Assembly (NCBI GenBank): GCA_040384705.1
Contig: JAZKIU010000001.1
Location: 340,026-404,025, forward strand
Direction: 5' to 3'
DNA from: Patescibacteria group bacterium
GTDB taxonomy: Bacteria > Patescibacteriota > Minisyncoccia > Phycocordibacterales > Phycocordibacteraceae
DNA length: 64,000 bases
Shown in pieces: positions 36,101-49,415 of the stretch. Positions within the stretch are counted from its first letter, which is position 1, and each line of letters starts with the position of its first letter. The notes below the pieces were generated by a model. It saw only the letters and a program-made list of their open reading frames with translations. It had not been told where the DNA came from and searched no databases. The position numbers were made by a program, and so were the translations under genes.

Positions 36101-37879
36101 ATGTCTAGAGAAGGGGGACCTCCGCAGAAGCAAGCACGGGAAGCGTCATTCGAAGGCGGCTTGTCTTCGGTGTTGGAAACGCTCGAAGCAGAATCCAAGA
36201 CCACAGGAATGGTGAGCGAGGGGACGCGTGAAGCGATCGAGGCCGAGCTCGTGAGGATGGAAAGCGAGGCGGATGCGGAAGCCAAGAGGATTAAGGCTGA
36301 TGTGGAGCGCACATCCGAGGAGAAGACGAGCGACCTGGCCGACATCAAGAAGCTGCGGACAGTCATCACCCAGTACCGTAAATATTCTTCCACATCGATA
36401 GAACCGATTTCCCGCGTCATCAAGGTCGTGAAGGAGGTCGGGCAAGCATACGGTGTCATGAAGGGGCAGTCTGTAGAGAAGGTAGAGGACGCTCCTCGTG
36501 AAGAAGTTAAAGATGAGCCTGTCGTCGTTTCGGTTGAGGAAGAACCTACGGTCGAACCGTCAGGAGACGATGATGATGCGCTGGAACCCGTCCTTGCTCC
36601 GGACGCACCACCGATCGCCGAAGTCCCTCTGAAGAAGGATAAAGCTGAGCGCGGCCCAACACCTGCGGAAACAGCTGCAGCAAAGAGGCAGAAGATCGAA
36701 GCCGAGGTGAAGGCGAAGCAGGAAGCGCTTAGCGAGATCTACTTTGCGCTCGCTGATGAAATACACGAGGCGGGATTGAAAGTGCAGGATATACAAACGG
36801 AATGGAATCGTGTCATAGAAGTTCGCGAAAGGCTGAACGCTCACTGCGAGAAGTACAAGGGTACCGCGACTCGCAAGCTTCTCGATAAAGAGAGTGAGGA
36901 GTTATTCGACGAGTTCACGGGTCCGGTAAGCGAGGGGGTCAGGCACGCGATAGCTCGGGTCCTGCTTGAGCGTAGCAAGTTCGCGGCTAATCCGGACGCG
37001 GACTCTCGCGCGGAAAAAGAGGATGTGCTCGAGGACGTAGTCACGAAGCTTGCGGCGACCGAGGACCAGCCGATAGTGATGGTGAATACCGTGCTCACGC
37101 GTATGGCTATGGGCGGAAAGAGCTCTAAGAAGCTACCCCCGACCGCATTCCCCGCATTCCAACCGGACAAAGTACAAAAGCTCGAGCCCGAAAAACTTAA
37201 AACATTTGCTCAAAAGGCCGCTCGGCACCGTGAGGACAGGCTCGATACGAGACGGCGGATACATGGCATACGTGGGTTCTTACAGGTCGCGGGCAACGCA
37301 GGGTTCGCAGGATTCTTGGGCCTTCTTGCGTTCGGTCATAACCATGACTCAAAGGATGTGATGAAGCCGAAGGCACAACCTGCTGCAGGAAGCCCGCTTA
37401 ATCAGACGGCTGCTGCGACTGAGAAGCCAACGCACTCCACCGACAAACCGCCTGCTCAACAGGTCCAGAGACCCACGACGGAAACCGTTAGCGCGGCACA
37501 GCCGGAAGTCGTGAAGATAATGACTGCTCCAGAAGTTAAGAAGTATAGGGCTATGCCTAAGGACGAGATGGAAGCCTGGAAGCGACGCTTCAGTCTTTGG
37601 ACGCGCGCGAAGTACCCGAAGGGATATGTAGAAGCGGATACGGAGAAGGTACGGAAGGAAATGCTCACGGAACTCAAATATCCAGCCAACTATCCTGCAA
37701 AGAAGCGGGACGTGGCTAAGAAGCCACGGAGCCCCAAGGAATCCGTTATGACTGCCTCGATTGAGTCAGCAGGCAGCTTCGGGCCTCCGTTACCTGCTCC
37801 TCCCGCGCCATCACGCGAGGAACCCCGTATCATGTCTCTTGAGGAGTATGTGCAGAGCGAAGCGGGCAAGAAGCCCTAA
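36101..37879 (+). CDS. Large acidic, coiled-coil-rich hypothetical protein (592 aa), 6 nt downstream of the ATPase
   Basis: Glu/Lys/Ala-rich low-complexity N half, Pro-rich middle, basic C-terminal part; same strand and tight spacing imply co-transcription. Confidence 0.5.
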   Translation: MSREGGPPQKQAREASFEGGLSSVLETLEAESKTTGMVSEGTREAIEAELVRMESEADAEAKRIKADVERTSEEKTSDLADIKKLRTVITQYRKYSSTSIEPISRVIKVVKEVGQAYGVMKGQSVEKVEDAPREEVKDEPVVVSVEEEPTVEPSGDDDDALEPVLAPDAPPIAEVPLKKDKAERGPTPAETAAAKRQKIEAEVKAKQEALSEIYFALADEIHEAGLKVQDIQTEWNRVIEVRERLNAHCEKYKGTATRKLLDKESEELFDEFTGPVSEGVRHAIARVLLERSKFAANPDADSRAEKEDVLEDVVTKLAATEDQPIVMVNTVLTRMAMGGKSSKKLPPTAFPAFQPDKVQKLEPEKLKTFAQKAARHREDRLDTRRRIHGIRGFLQVAGNAGFAGFLGLLAFGHNHDSKDVMKPKAQPAAGSPLNQTAAATEKPTHSTDKPPAQQVQRPTTETVSAAQPEVVKIMTAPEVKKYRAMPKDEMEAWKRRFSLWTRAKYPKGYVEADTEKVRKEMLTELKYPANYPAKKRDVAKKPRSPKESVMTASIESAGSFGPPLPAPPAPSREEPRIMSLEEYVQSEAGKKP

Positions 37880-37948
37880 ATTAGGAATGGTATACTCCAG
37901 GGGACAACGCCCCAGGCTACTGTCGATTAAAAACTCATATATCAGGCT

Positions 37949-38449
37949 ATGAATGTCACGGGTACGGGTATAGCGGTAGGGCTTGCGGTCGTCATCGCGC
38001 TCGGGTTCCTCTATTTCGGTCCAGTGCTCTTCACTCCGTTCACGGAGGAGGCACCGGTGGCTCTTGATCAGACTGCATCTACAACTATGGAAAATATGAT
38101 TCAACCAGGCCAGCCGCTTCCGACCGAACTCACGGTATCCGACTCGGTCGTCGGCACCGGAGCGGAAGCTACTCCAGGAAGCACGGTGAGCGTCCAGTAC
38201 GTCGGCATGCTGCCGGACGGTACGGTCTTCGATGCATCCGCTAACCATGGCGGTGCACCGTTCACGTTCCAGCTCGGAGCGGGGCAGGTCATCAAGGGAT
38301 GGGATCAGGGCGTCGCTGGCATGAAAGTTGGTGGTAAGCGCCAGCTCATCATCCCAGCGGACCTCGCGTATGGGAACCAGGCTGTTGGTGGGGTAATCCC
38401 TGCAAACGCGACGCTCATCTTCGAGGTTGATCTCGTCGGGGTGCAGTAG
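37949..38449 (+). CDS. FKBP-type peptidyl-prolyl cis-trans isomerase, membrane anchored
   Basis: [16 protein letters not shown]...[38 protein letters not shown]. Confidence 0.8.
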   Translation: MNVTGTGIAVGLAVVIALGFLYFGPVLFTPFTEEAPVALDQTASTTMENMIQPGQPLPTELTVSDSVVGTGAEATPGSTVSVQYVGMLPDGTVFDASANHGGAPFTFQLGAGQVIKGWDQGVAGMKVGGKRQLIIPADLAYGNQAVGGVIPANATLIFEVDLVGVQ

Positions 38450-38528
38450 AGTCTTAAGGAAATAGATAAATGGAAACGCCGGACCTTGTTGAAGGGTCCG
38501 GCGTCGCCGTTACGCTTGTGGTGAACTC

Positions 38529-39269
38529 CTACCAGCTCTTCCGGGGGGTCTCGACTCGCGTCGAGGTTCCAGCGGAGGAATAGTTCGAAGAAGTGGTCGA
38601 GGAACCGATAGTCACATCGACGTGCTGCAAGAGGCAGTAGTCGTTGATCATACCGGCCCAGCCGATCGACATCTCCATATTCATCACGCTCATGTCGAGC
38701 TGAAGCTGGGATTGATCGGAGTTCAGCAGGCTTTGACGCCTGTTGAGCTTCGACTGCTTCGTATAGGCAGAGCCGGTCGCTTCGTTGCCGAGACCGGCAG
38801 CGACAGCGCCGCCGCAGTACCAGCCGCCGCTCACCGTGCAGAGGGCGGCCGTCGTGAAGACGTTCGCACCCCGCCTGAGCCAGGAAGCGCGGTTGATGTC
38901 GCTGCCGAGCTTGACGAGCTTGTTGCGGATGATCTGATTCTCCGCGCTCAGCACCCCGGCTCGCTCGATGAAGCCGATAGAGCGACGAATCCATTCACCG
39001 CTCTGAGCGCACGCGCTTCGGTTCTCGTTCTGGATGAGGCGGAATCCCGCTTCACCCTTCGTCGGATACCGGCTCATGTACTCATCGAGGCCCATGACAC
39101 CGATGTCGTTGTCGCCTTGCCGGGGAGCGCGCACGCCGCCCGTCAGTCCGCTTCCGGTCACGATGATGCGTTCATCGCCGACGGCGACTTGCGCCGTTGC
39201 GGGAAGAGCGAACGCGGACGTGATCAGCGCGAGGGCAGCCCCCGCGCCCAGATATCTGGTCTTGGACAT
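38529..39269 (-). CDS. Secreted hypothetical protein
   Basis: Signal peptide MSKTRYLGAGAALALITSAFALPATAQ; Cys pairs; the ORF extends to 39308 but the signal peptide places the start at 39269. Confidence 0.45.
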   Translation of the reverse strand: MSKTRYLGAGAALALITSAFALPATAQVAVGDERIIVTGSGLTGGVRAPRQGDNDIGVMGLDEYMSRYPTKGEAGFRLIQNENRSACAQSGEWIRRSIGFIERAGVLSAENQIIRNKLVKLGSDINRASWLRRGANVFTTAALCTVSGGWYCGGAVAAGLGNEATGSAYTKQSKLNRRQSLLNSDQSQLQLDMSVMNMEMSIGWAGMINDYCLLQHVDVTIGSSTTSSNYSSAGTSTRVETPRKSW

Positions 39270-39448
39270 GGGTTTCCCCTCCAAAATGGTTGCTGTTGCA
39301 GAGTTCACTTATTAGCGTAATGGCAGAGAACTCCTACCTGACTGTATACACTTATAACATGCGTTTGTCAATACCCTGGAAGAAGTTTGACATTCCGCCT
39401 ATCCATTAGCCTTGCGAGCCAGCAGGATCGCGGCTACCTTAAAGAAAC

Positions 39449-40663
39449 ATGCGGCCTATCACCTTCAGCATAGAGAAAAGGAGCGAACGCGCTCGGGTGG
39501 GCACTATCTCGACCCCTCACGGAACCCTCCAGACCCCGGCCTTCGTGCCGGTCGCGACCAAGGCGAACGTGAAGGGCATCCTCCCGTCCACGCTCGAGTC
39601 GCTTGGCGCCCAGGTGACGCTCGCCAACACGTACCATCTGTACCTGCGGCCGGGAGAGCAGATAGTGAAGGATGCGGGCGGCTTGAATACGTTCATGGAC
39701 TGGAAGAAGCCGACCATGACCGACTCGGGCGGGTTCCAGGTGTTCTCGCTCGGCGCTGCGTTCGGGAAGACCATTACGAAGATAGCGAAGGGGGAGGAGA
39801 ATGCGCTCGCCCAAGGCGTCTCGGTATATGATGAAGGCGTGCAGAGCCAGCACGGGCAGCTCGCCATCATCGACGAGGAGGGTGTGACCTTCACCTCGCA
39901 CCTCGATGGCTCTCTTCATCGCTTCACTCCCGAGCGCTCGATCGAGATACAGCATGCGCTCGGCGCTGATATGTTCTTCGCCTTCGATGAGTGCACCTCG
40001 CCCACCGCTGACTACGAGTACCAGCGCGATGCCATGCGCCGCACGCACAAGTGGGCGGACCGTTCGCTCAAGGCCCATCGCAGGAATATCGATGCGAATA
40101 AGAAGCAGGGTATCTTCGGCATCATCCAGGGCGGTCGCCACACCGACCTGCGCGAAGAGTCCGCGAAGGAGATAGCGTCCATGGACTTCGATGGATTCGG
40201 CATCGGTGGTTCGTTCAGCAAGGAGGACATGATGGGCGCGGTGCAGGCTGCGGTGAGGCATTTGCCGGAAGAGAAGCCGCGGCATTTCCTTGGGATAGGG
40301 GAGCCGGGAGATTTATTGCTTGGAATCGAGGAGGGTATGGATACCTTCGATTGCGTTGCAGCTACAAGGCTCGGCCGTCACGGGACTATATATACGAAAA
40401 GAGGACCTATCACCCTGACCAATGAGAAGTTCAGGAGTGAATACTCTCCACTTGATCCGGAGTGCATAGTACCGGGCACCGAAGGATTCACGCGTGCATA
40501 CGTCTCGCATCTCCTGCGCTCCGGCGAGATGCTCGGGCAGATGATAGCGTCGATGCATAACCTCGGGTTCATCATCAGGCTGGTGGACGGGGCGAGGGAG
40601 GCGCTTCTGGAGGATAGGTTCAGTGAATATCGCGAGGAGTTCGTGCGGGGATATTACGCATAA
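39449..40663 (+). CDS. tgt: Queuine tRNA-ribosyltransferase
   Basis: TPHGTLQTPAFVPVAT, MTDSGGFQVFSLG, Zn site CxCxxC...H. Confidence 0.85.
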   Translation: MRPITFSIEKRSERARVGTISTPHGTLQTPAFVPVATKANVKGILPSTLESLGAQVTLANTYHLYLRPGEQIVKDAGGLNTFMDWKKPTMTDSGGFQVFSLGAAFGKTITKIAKGEENALAQGVSVYDEGVQSQHGQLAIIDEEGVTFTSHLDGSLHRFTPERSIEIQHALGADMFFAFDECTSPTADYEYQRDAMRRTHKWADRSLKAHRRNIDANKKQGIFGIIQGGRHTDLREESAKEIASMDFDGFGIGGSFSKEDMMGAVQAAVRHLPEEKPRHFLGIGEPGDLLLGIEEGMDTFDCVAATRLGRHGTIYTKRGPITLTNEKFRSEYSPLDPECIVPGTEGFTRAYVSHLLRSGEMLGQMIASMHNLGFIIRLVDGAREALLEDRFSEYREEFVRGYYA

Positions 40664-40702
40664 GGACGAAAGACGGGCCGGATCAGTGATCCGGCCCGCA
40701 CC

Positions 40703-41089
40703 TTAATTCAGCAAATTATACTCGCGAAGAATCGAAACATACTGCAGGTCAGCAAATGCAGCGAGGTCGTCTACGAGGTTTATGGCTTTCCCACTCCAAT
40801 TCTCAAGGCAGAGCAGGTCATCCTTGGAATATCGCGTAGTGCGAAGACCTTCTGCGATGAGCATCATTTCATTCCAGAGAACGAACTCATCATCCACGTC
40901 ATCCGCGTGTATGAAACGAGGACTGTCTAAGTCTCCGCCGTAGAGCTCGCCGGTCTTGGTTATGAAAAAAGGAGCGTTTGCAACTAGAACAAACCCCGCC
41001 TGCTCCGTAAAGGCTTTTAGGAGTCGATTACATAAGGCCGCAAGGTTTGGTGTTCGCGCAAAAGCGGCGCGATAGTCGATCGCAGTCAT
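40703..41089 (-). CDS. Hypothetical protein (128 aa)
   Basis: ORF convergent with tgt; no motif. Confidence 0.35.
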   Translation of the reverse strand: MTAIDYRAAFARTPNLAALCNRLLKAFTEQAGFVLVANAPFFITKTGELYGGDLDSPRFIHADDVDDEFVLWNEMMLIAEGLRTTRYSKDDLLCLENWSGKAINLVDDLAAFADLQYVSILREYNLLN

Positions 41090-41173
41090 CTGCGCCTCCT
41101 TTCCTGTAGCATCTGCTTATTTTGATAACACGAAATTCATGCGCCGCAAACGAATATGGTATCGTCTTAACGC

Positions 41174-43234
<2,061 letters not shown>

Positions 43235-43254
43235 CAGCATGCTAGGATAGCTGC

Positions 43255-44346
43255 ATGAGTCTACGGACGCTCATCTTCTTCCTTATCCTCGGTGCGCTGT
43301 TCCTCTCCATCGGCTCGATGTTCGTCGCGTTCGCGTTCGTGAAGCAGCAGCTCTTCGTACTTTTCCCTGACGCATATACCGGGGACGCCGTGGCGGCGCT
43401 CCAGCTGCTCCTCATCCAGTACTCGGCCATCATCCTCGCGTTCACCACGCTCATCATCGGCATCTCATTCTTCGTGCTCTCCCGGTATATCGTGCGGCCG
43501 CTCCGCGACATGGTCGCCGCCATCGCCGCGTTCTCGGAGCGGAGCGAACGCATCGTGCTCGATAACTTCGCTAATGCGCCGGCGGAGATAAAGCAGCTCG
43601 CGCTGGTGTTCAATGACTTCACGATAAAGGTGGATGAGGCGCATGCGCGCGACGTGGAAGTCTCGAGGGTGAAGTCCGACTTCATCTCGACCGCAGCGCA
43701 CCAGTTCCGTACCCCGCTCACCGGCATACGCTGGGCGCTCGAGGCGCTCGAGAAGGAGCAGCTCACGGAGTCGCAGATAGCGCTGGTGTCGAGCGCGAAG
43801 GACAAGAGCCATCAGCTGGTGAATATCGTGGGCACGCTCCTCGATATCTCCGCCATCGAGTCGGGCAAGAACAAGTACACGTTCGCACCGACCGACCTCG
43901 ACGAGCTCGCGCATGAGATAGCGCAGGAGTTCGCGGAGCTCGCTGCGCGTACCGAGGTCTCCCTCTACTACGTCCCTTCCGAGGATCCGCTCCCGCTCGC
44001 TAAGGCGGACCGCGTGCGCGTCAAATGGATACTGAACAACATCATCGAGAATGCCATCCGCTATACGCCGAAGGGGGGTAGCGTCCGCATCTCGGTCGCA
44101 GGATCGCAGGACAGGGTATACGTGCATGTGCGCGATACGGGCATCGGCATAAAGGCCGAGGACCGGGGCAACATCTTCGAGCGCTTCTATCGTGCCGATA
44201 ACGCGGTCGCCAAGGAGAACGCAGGCAATGGCCTCGGGCTCTATATCGCCCGCACCATCGCGACCGACCACGGCGGGGACCTTAATTTCAGCCCCAATAC
44301 CGACGGTCCTGGCACCACTTTCTCCCTTTCCTTGCCGCTAGCATAG
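43255..44346 (+). CDS. Sensor histidine kinase (2 TM, HisKA, HATPase_c)
   Basis: H-box SRVKSDFISTAAHQFRTPLTGI; N, G1, G2 boxes. Confidence 0.8.
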   Translation: MSLRTLIFFLILGALFLSIGSMFVAFAFVKQQLFVLFPDAYTGDAVAALQLLLIQYSAIILAFTTLIIGISFFVLSRYIVRPLRDMVAAIAAFSERSERIVLDNFANAPAEIKQLALVFNDFTIKVDEAHARDVEVSRVKSDFISTAAHQFRTPLTGIRWALEALEKEQLTESQIALVSSAKDKSHQLVNIVGTLLDISAIESGKNKYTFAPTDLDELAHEIAQEFAELAARTEVSLYYVPSEDPLPLAKADRVRVKWILNNIIENAIRYTPKGGSVRISVAGSQDRVYVHVRDTGIGIKAEDRGNIFERFYRADNAVAKENAGNGLGLYIARTIATDHGGDLNFSPNTDGPGTTFSLSLPLA

Positions 44347-44375
44347 CTTCGTAGCTGCTGTGCTACACTTTTTCC

Positions 44376-44771
44376 ATGTCCGACACTAAATTCATCCTCG
44401 TCGTCGAAGACGATCCCGTGCTCAAGAACCTGCTCGGCCACACCTTCGCCGGCAAGTACCAGACGCTCTATGCGTCGGACGGGAACGAGGCCCTTTCTTT
44501 GTTCGAGAACAATAAGCCATCCATCGTCCTACTTGACCTCATGCTCCCGACCATGGACGGGTTCGCGGTGCTCGAGAGCATCCGGAGCCGCACCGATGAG
44601 CTCAAGAACGTACCTATCATCGTCGTATCGAACCTCGGTCAGCAGAAGGATATTGATAGGGTGAAGGCGCTCGGCGCGAACGAGTACCTCATCAAGGCGG
44701 AGGTCTCAATAGAAGAGATAGTCGCGAAGATGGAAGCGGTGCTAGCCGGTGCCACGCCTCCTGCGGCCTAG
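44376..44771 (+). CDS. Single-domain response regulator (REC only)
   Basis: ILVVEDDP...[12 protein letters not shown]...VSNLGQQKD...[10 protein letters not shown]. Confidence 0.8.
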   Translation: MSDTKFILVVEDDPVLKNLLGHTFAGKYQTLYASDGNEALSLFENNKPSIVLLDLMLPTMDGFAVLESIRSRTDELKNVPIIVVSNLGQQKDIDRVKALGANEYLIKAEVSIEEIVAKMEAVLAGATPPAA

Positions 44772-44844
44772 CTTCACCACTTCTTCCTCGAAAGTGGTAT
44801 ATTGATACCGTACCTGTCCCGCCACGGACAGGCCATGACTATAT

Positions 44845-47493
44845 ATGGCGAAGGCGAAGAAAACAGAACACGACCAGGCGCGCGGCGAGGATTGGATCCG
44901 CGTGAAGGGCGCGCGTACCCATAACCTGAAGAACATAAGCACCGAGTTCCCGCGCGGCGCCATGACCGTGGTCACGGGGCTCTCGGGCTCCGGGAAGTCC
45001 TCGTTTGCGTTCGATACCATCTTCGCCGAAGGCCAGCGCCGGTATGTCGAGTCCCTCTCTGCGTACGCCCGCCAGTTCCTCAACCAGATGCAGAAGCCGG
45101 ACGTGGAGGAGATAACCGGCCTCTCGCCAGCAATTTCAATAGACCAGAAGTCGCGTTCCAATAACCCTCGTTCTACGGTGGCTACCGTCACCGAGATATA
45201 TGACTACCTCCGCGTGCTGTATGCCCGCGCCGGGCAGCCGTACTGCGTGAACCATGACATTCCCATCTCCAAGCTCTCCAAGGAGGAGATGATCCATCTC
45301 ATCATGGGCAGGGTCGCAAGTCGCACGGGGAAGCCCGATGGAAAGGTGATGGGAGTGGCAGTCGACCGCACTCAGGTCATCATCTATGCGCCCGTAGTGG
45401 TCGGCCGCAAGGGCGAGTACTACCAGCTCCTCTACGACCTTCTCGGGAAGGGCTTCGAGCGCGTCGTCATCGACGGCAAAGTGCATGCGCTCCGCGAGAA
45501 GGTGGTGCTCGATCGCAACAAGCGCCATGATATTGATGCGATAGTGGATAGCATCTTCGTGTCCGAGTTCCAGAAGAACCCGGATGCGGCCCGTGAGCGC
45601 CTTTCTGAGGCGCTGGAGATAGCACTCAAGGAGTCCGATGGACTGGTTAAGATAGCGCACGCTGACGGTTCGAATGAGACGCTGTCGTCGAAGTTCATCT
45701 GCCCTGACGACGGGACCTCGTTCCCTGAGGTAGAGCCCCGTCTCTTCTCCTTCAACAGCCCGTACGGCGCGTGTCCGAACTGTAACGGTCTTGGAACTAA
45801 GTCCCTCTTCTCCGAAGAGGCGTGTCCGGTGTGCGAAGGGAAGCGCCTGCGCCCGGAATCGCTGCGCGTGTATCTGTCTGGTAAGAAGAATCCGAAGATA
45901 AACAACGGGCTCGGGATAAACATCGTCGACTTCACGAACTTCTCCATCCAGGAGGCGAAGGACTTCATGGACCATCTGGAGCTTTCGGAGATGCGCATGG
46001 AGATAGCGCGTCCCATCATTCGTGAGATAACCGCACGCCTTGAGTTCATGCTGAACGTCGGTCTCGACTATCTCACCCTGAACCGTTCAGCAGCGACCTT
46101 GTCCGGCGGAGAGGCGCAGCGTATCCGTCTGGCGTCCCAGCTCGGTACAGGACTCGTAGGTGCCCTCTATGTGCTCGATGAGCCGACCATCGGCCTCCAT
46201 CAGCGTGATAACGATCGGCTTATCCAGACATTGCTTTCGCTCAAAGAGCTCGGCAACACCATCCTCGTGGTGGAGCATGACGAGGACACTATCTACGCCG
46301 CTGACTACATCATCGATATAGGTCCGGGAGCTGGAACCCACGGCGGCAACGTCATGGTGAACGGCTGGCTTGATGACCTCCTGACGGCTCCCAAGAACGA
46401 CTCGGGTTCTCTCACCCTTTCATACCTGCGCGACGAGACGCGCATCGAGATACCGGAAGAGCGTCGCACGAGCGAGAAGGGCAGTATCAAGGTGCGGGGA
46501 GCGACGTTGCATAACCTGGTTAACCAGAATATCGACGTGCCGCTCGGGAAGCTGGTGTGCATCACAGGCGTGTCAGGCTCCGGTAAGTCCACCTTCCTCT
46601 ACGACATCCTGCACAAGAACGTGGCGGCACGCTTCGCGAAGCGCGAGGCTAAGCTCGAGCACGTGAGCTCCATGACAGGGACTGAATACGTCGGCCGCGT
46701 CGTGCTCATCGATCAGTCCGCTATCGGCCGCACTCCACGTTCGAACCCGGCAACGTATACGGGTGCATGGACCCACATCCGTGACCTCTTCTCCGCGACT
46801 TCGGAAGCTCGAGCCCGTGGCTGGAAGCCAGGACGCTTCTCCTTCAATGTGGCGGGCGGGCGTTGCGAGGCGTGCCAGGGTAACGGCATGATAGCGGTGG
46901 AGATGCACTTCCTTCCGACGGTATACGTGACTTGTGACGTCTGCAATGGCACGCGCTTCATGAAAGAGACGCTCGAGGTCACCTTCCGGGGCAAGACCAT
47001 ATACGACATTCTCCAGATGACGGTCGAAGAGGCGGAGGTGTTCTTCAAGGATATCCCTGCCATCAATGACCGTCTCGAAAGCCTCAACTCAACAGGGCTC
47101 CAGTACCTCACGCTCGGCCAGTCAGCGACCACGCTCTCGGGCGGCGAAGCGCAGCGCGTGAAGATAGCGTCAGAGCTCTATCGTCCTATCACGATGAAGA
47201 CGCTCTATCTCCTCGATGAGCCCACCGTGGGTCTCCACTATGAGGACGTGCGCAAGCTCATCGAGATACTCCAGGAGCTCGTGCGACGTGGGAATACGGT
47301 TGTAGTCATCGAGCACAACCTCGATGTCATTAAGTCTTCGGACCATCTCATCGACTTCGGCCCTGAGGGCGGCACAGGAGGCGGCAAGATAGTCGCGAAG
47401 GGAACGCCGGAGGAAGTGGCGGAGACGGAGGGCTCGTTCACCGGGGAATACCTCGCGAAGCTTTTGAAGAAGCACAAGAAAAAGAGCGCCTAA
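44845..47493 (+). CDS. uvrA: Excinuclease ABC subunit A
   Basis: [36 protein letters not shown]; two ABC modules with LSGGEAQR signatures; Zn-finger Cys. Confidence 0.9.
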   Translation: MAKAKKTEHDQARGEDWIRVKGARTHNLKNISTEFPRGAMTVVTGLSGSGKSSFAFDTIFAEGQRRYVESLSAYARQFLNQMQKPDVEEITGLSPAISIDQKSRSNNPRSTVATVTEIYDYLRVLYARAGQPYCVNHDIPISKLSKEEMIHLIMGRVASRTGKPDGKVMGVAVDRTQVIIYAPVVVGRKGEYYQLLYDLLGKGFERVVIDGKVHALREKVVLDRNKRHDIDAIVDSIFVSEFQKNPDAARERLSEALEIALKESDGLVKIAHADGSNETLSSKFICPDDGTSFPEVEPRLFSFNSPYGACPNCNGLGTKSLFSEEACPVCEGKRLRPESLRVYLSGKKNPKINNGLGINIVDFTNFSIQEAKDFMDHLELSEMRMEIARPIIREITARLEFMLNVGLDYLTLNRSAATLSGGEAQRIRLASQLGTGLVGALYVLDEPTIGLHQRDNDRLIQTLLSLKELGNTILVVEHDEDTIYAADYIIDIGPGAGTHGGNVMVNGWLDDLLTAPKNDSGSLTLSYLRDETRIEIPEERRTSEKGSIKVRGATLHNLVNQNIDVPLGKLVCITGVSGSGKSTFLYDILHKNVAARFAKREAKLEHVSSMTGTEYVGRVVLIDQSAIGRTPRSNPATYTGAWTHIRDLFSATSEARARGWKPGRFSFNVAGGRCEACQGNGMIAVEMHFLPTVYVTCDVCNGTRFMKETLEVTFRGKTIYDILQMTVEEAEVFFKDIPAINDRLESLNSTGLQYLTLGQSATTLSGGEAQRVKIASELYRPITMKTLYLLDEPTVGLHYEDVRKLIEILQELVRRGNTVVVIEHNLDVIKSSDHLIDFGPEGGTGGGKIVAKGTPEEVAETEGSFTGEYLAKLLKKHKKKSA

Positions 47494-47553
47494 CCACGCG
47501 TGCTACCATTAATGCTTTAGAGGGCATCTCGCACCTTATAGGGAGGTAGATCA

Positions 47554-48060
47554 GTGCAAAAGGACTATTCGAAGCCTGGTCGGTACGCCTCCGCGGCACC
47601 GGCACGGAATAGGGATGATGGGCATTATGTTCTGAAGCACAAGGACGGTATGGATCATCTCGTTCTGGAGCAACCGAGCGTGCGCGGCATGTGCGCACCG
47701 CTCATGGGCGCGAGCGTGTGGAATGGCGAACGCTGGCGCGCGAAGTATCTTCCGCTTTCGAGCAGCATAAGCATCTACGAGCGAGCGATGCGGGTGCTCG
47801 CGAAATGGAACAATCGTGATGACATCTTCTGCGTGGCGTTCTATCGACGGCAGGTAGCGTATGAGACCGATGTCGTCGTCGATATCCAAGCCGATGTCCT
47901 GTTCCTCATATGCGCCCTCCAAGCACAGCCTCCGCTCACTCGATATGAATGGGGGCTGCTCAAAGAACGAATGCCTGATGGTTCGTGGATACGAAGGCAG
48001 TGCGTCCTGCGCACCATCGATCATGAAGCGGCCAGCGAGGTTCTCCTCGCTGCGGAGTAG
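47554..48060 (+). CDS. Hypothetical protein between uvrA and uvrC
   Basis: ORF with protein-like composition; the competing 333 aa minus-strand ORF is a shadow overlapping uvrC. Confidence 0.35.
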   Translation: MQKDYSKPGRYASAAPARNRDDGHYVLKHKDGMDHLVLEQPSVRGMCAPLMGASVWNGERWRAKYLPLSSSISIYERAMRVLAKWNNRDDIFCVAFYRRQVAYETDVVVDIQADVLFLICALQAQPPLTRYEWGLLKERMPDGSWIRRQCVLRTIDHEAASEVLLAAE

Positions 48061-48130
48061 CGTACGTGGCCCGTCCAAGGACGGGCCACGCTCTATTTGC
48101 AGGTATGCGTCCTGCCGGTAGGATGGCTCT

Positions 48131-49390
48131 ATGCAACGCGAAGCGCTCAAGAAATTCGACCTGCCCGACTGCCCTGGCGTGTACCTGTTCACGCTCGGTA
48201 AGGGGAAGGCGAAGAAGGTGCTGTACGTAGGGAAGGCGACGAGCCTGCGTGATCGCGTGCGCTCGTATTTCGATATAGACCTCATTGCTACGCGCGGGCC
48301 GCGCATCGTGGATATGGTGACGCGTGCGGACGGCCTCATGCATGAGACCACACCCACCGTGCTCGAAGCGCTCGTGCGCGAGGCTGCGCTCATACGCCAG
48401 TATGACCCTCCTGCGAACTCCATGGGGAAGGACGATAAGACCTTCCTGTATGCCGTCATCACGGACGAGCCAATACCGCGCGTGCTCGCGATACGGGGCG
48501 CTGAGCTCGATTTCGAAGGCATGAAGGTCATCGCGAGTGGCCTGAAGCTCAAGGCTATTCATGGCCCGTTCCCATCCGGGTATCAGCTACGTGAGGGGCT
48601 CCGCCTCATACGCCGCATATTCCCTTTCTTCGATACGCCGAAGCCGGTGGGCGAGGGCAGTAAGTACGCAAAAGGGAAGATAGAGTTCAATCGGCAGATA
48701 GGGCAGTACCCTCGTGATATGAGCCGAAGCGCATACATGCGCTCCATCCGTAACGTGTCGCTCTTCCTCTCGGGACGCGTGAAGACGCTCCGCGCCACGC
48801 TCGCACGCGATATGAAGCAGGCGGCCAAGGAAGAGCGCTTTGAGGATGCGGACGTGATAAAGCGGCAGCTATTCGCCCTCGACCATATCCAGGATGTATC
48901 GCTCATCAAGGAGGATAGGGGCCAGGACAAGCAGGGGCCACGCATAGAGGCGTACGACACGGCGCATATCTCAGGAACGAACGCGATAGGGGTCATGACC
49001 GTCATAGAGAACGGCGTGCCCGTAAAGTCCGACTATCGTTCCTTCCGTATCAAAGGATCAGGCGGGAAGTTGCTGAACGACGACATCGCATCGCTCAAGG
49101 AGATACTCTCTCGCCGCCTAGGACACCCTGAGTGGTTCCTGCCGCGTGCAATCGTGGTTGATGGCGGGAAGACGCATAAGAAGGCGGCGGAAGCAGTGCT
49201 TGCTGAGGTGGGCGTCATGATACCGGTGGTCGCGGTGGTAAAGGACGAGAAGCATCGCCCACGAGAGGTGCTCGGGAGCCTTCGTGCGGGGATATCTGAT
49301 GCTGATGCAGTCCTCGTGAATTCCGAGGCGCATAGGTTTTCCATAACGCTGCATAGGAAGGCGCGGTCGCGCGCTCTTCGTAGTTCTTGA
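48131..49390 (+). CDS. uvrC: Excinuclease ABC subunit C, short form (GIY-YIG + UvrBC + RNase-H-like endonuclease domain, no HhH tail)
   Basis: PGVYLFTLGKGKAKKVLYVGKATSLRDRVRSYF GIY-YIG; 419 aa. Confidence 0.75.
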   Translation: MQREALKKFDLPDCPGVYLFTLGKGKAKKVLYVGKATSLRDRVRSYFDIDLIATRGPRIVDMVTRADGLMHETTPTVLEALVREAALIRQYDPPANSMGKDDKTFLYAVITDEPIPRVLAIRGAELDFEGMKVIASGLKLKAIHGPFPSGYQLREGLRLIRRIFPFFDTPKPVGEGSKYAKGKIEFNRQIGQYPRDMSRSAYMRSIRNVSLFLSGRVKTLRATLARDMKQAAKEERFEDADVIKRQLFALDHIQDVSLIKEDRGQDKQGPRIEAYDTAHISGTNAIGVMTVIENGVPVKSDYRSFRIKGSGGKLLNDDIASLKEILSRRLGHPEWFLPRAIVVDGGKTHKKAAEAVLAEVGVMIPVVAVVKDEKHRPREVLGSLRAGISDADAVLVNSEAHRFSITLHRKARSRALRSS

Positions 49391-49415
49391 CAAATATAGT
49401 TAAACATGCTACGTT
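49387..49415 (+). promoter_or_regulatory. Sigma-70-type promoter: -35 TTGACA, 17 nt spacer, extended -10 TGcTACGTT
   Basis: ttgaca-N17-tacgtt with TG two nt upstream of the -10; overlaps the uvrC stop codon; drives a non-coding region. Confidence 0.4.

Noticed and set aside
47551-48552. 333 aa minus-strand ORF
   Set aside because: It overlaps the well-supported GIY-YIG N-terminus of uvrC. It is Ser/Arg-rich, so it is treated as a shadow, and the 47554-48060 plus-strand ORF was kept at low confidence instead.
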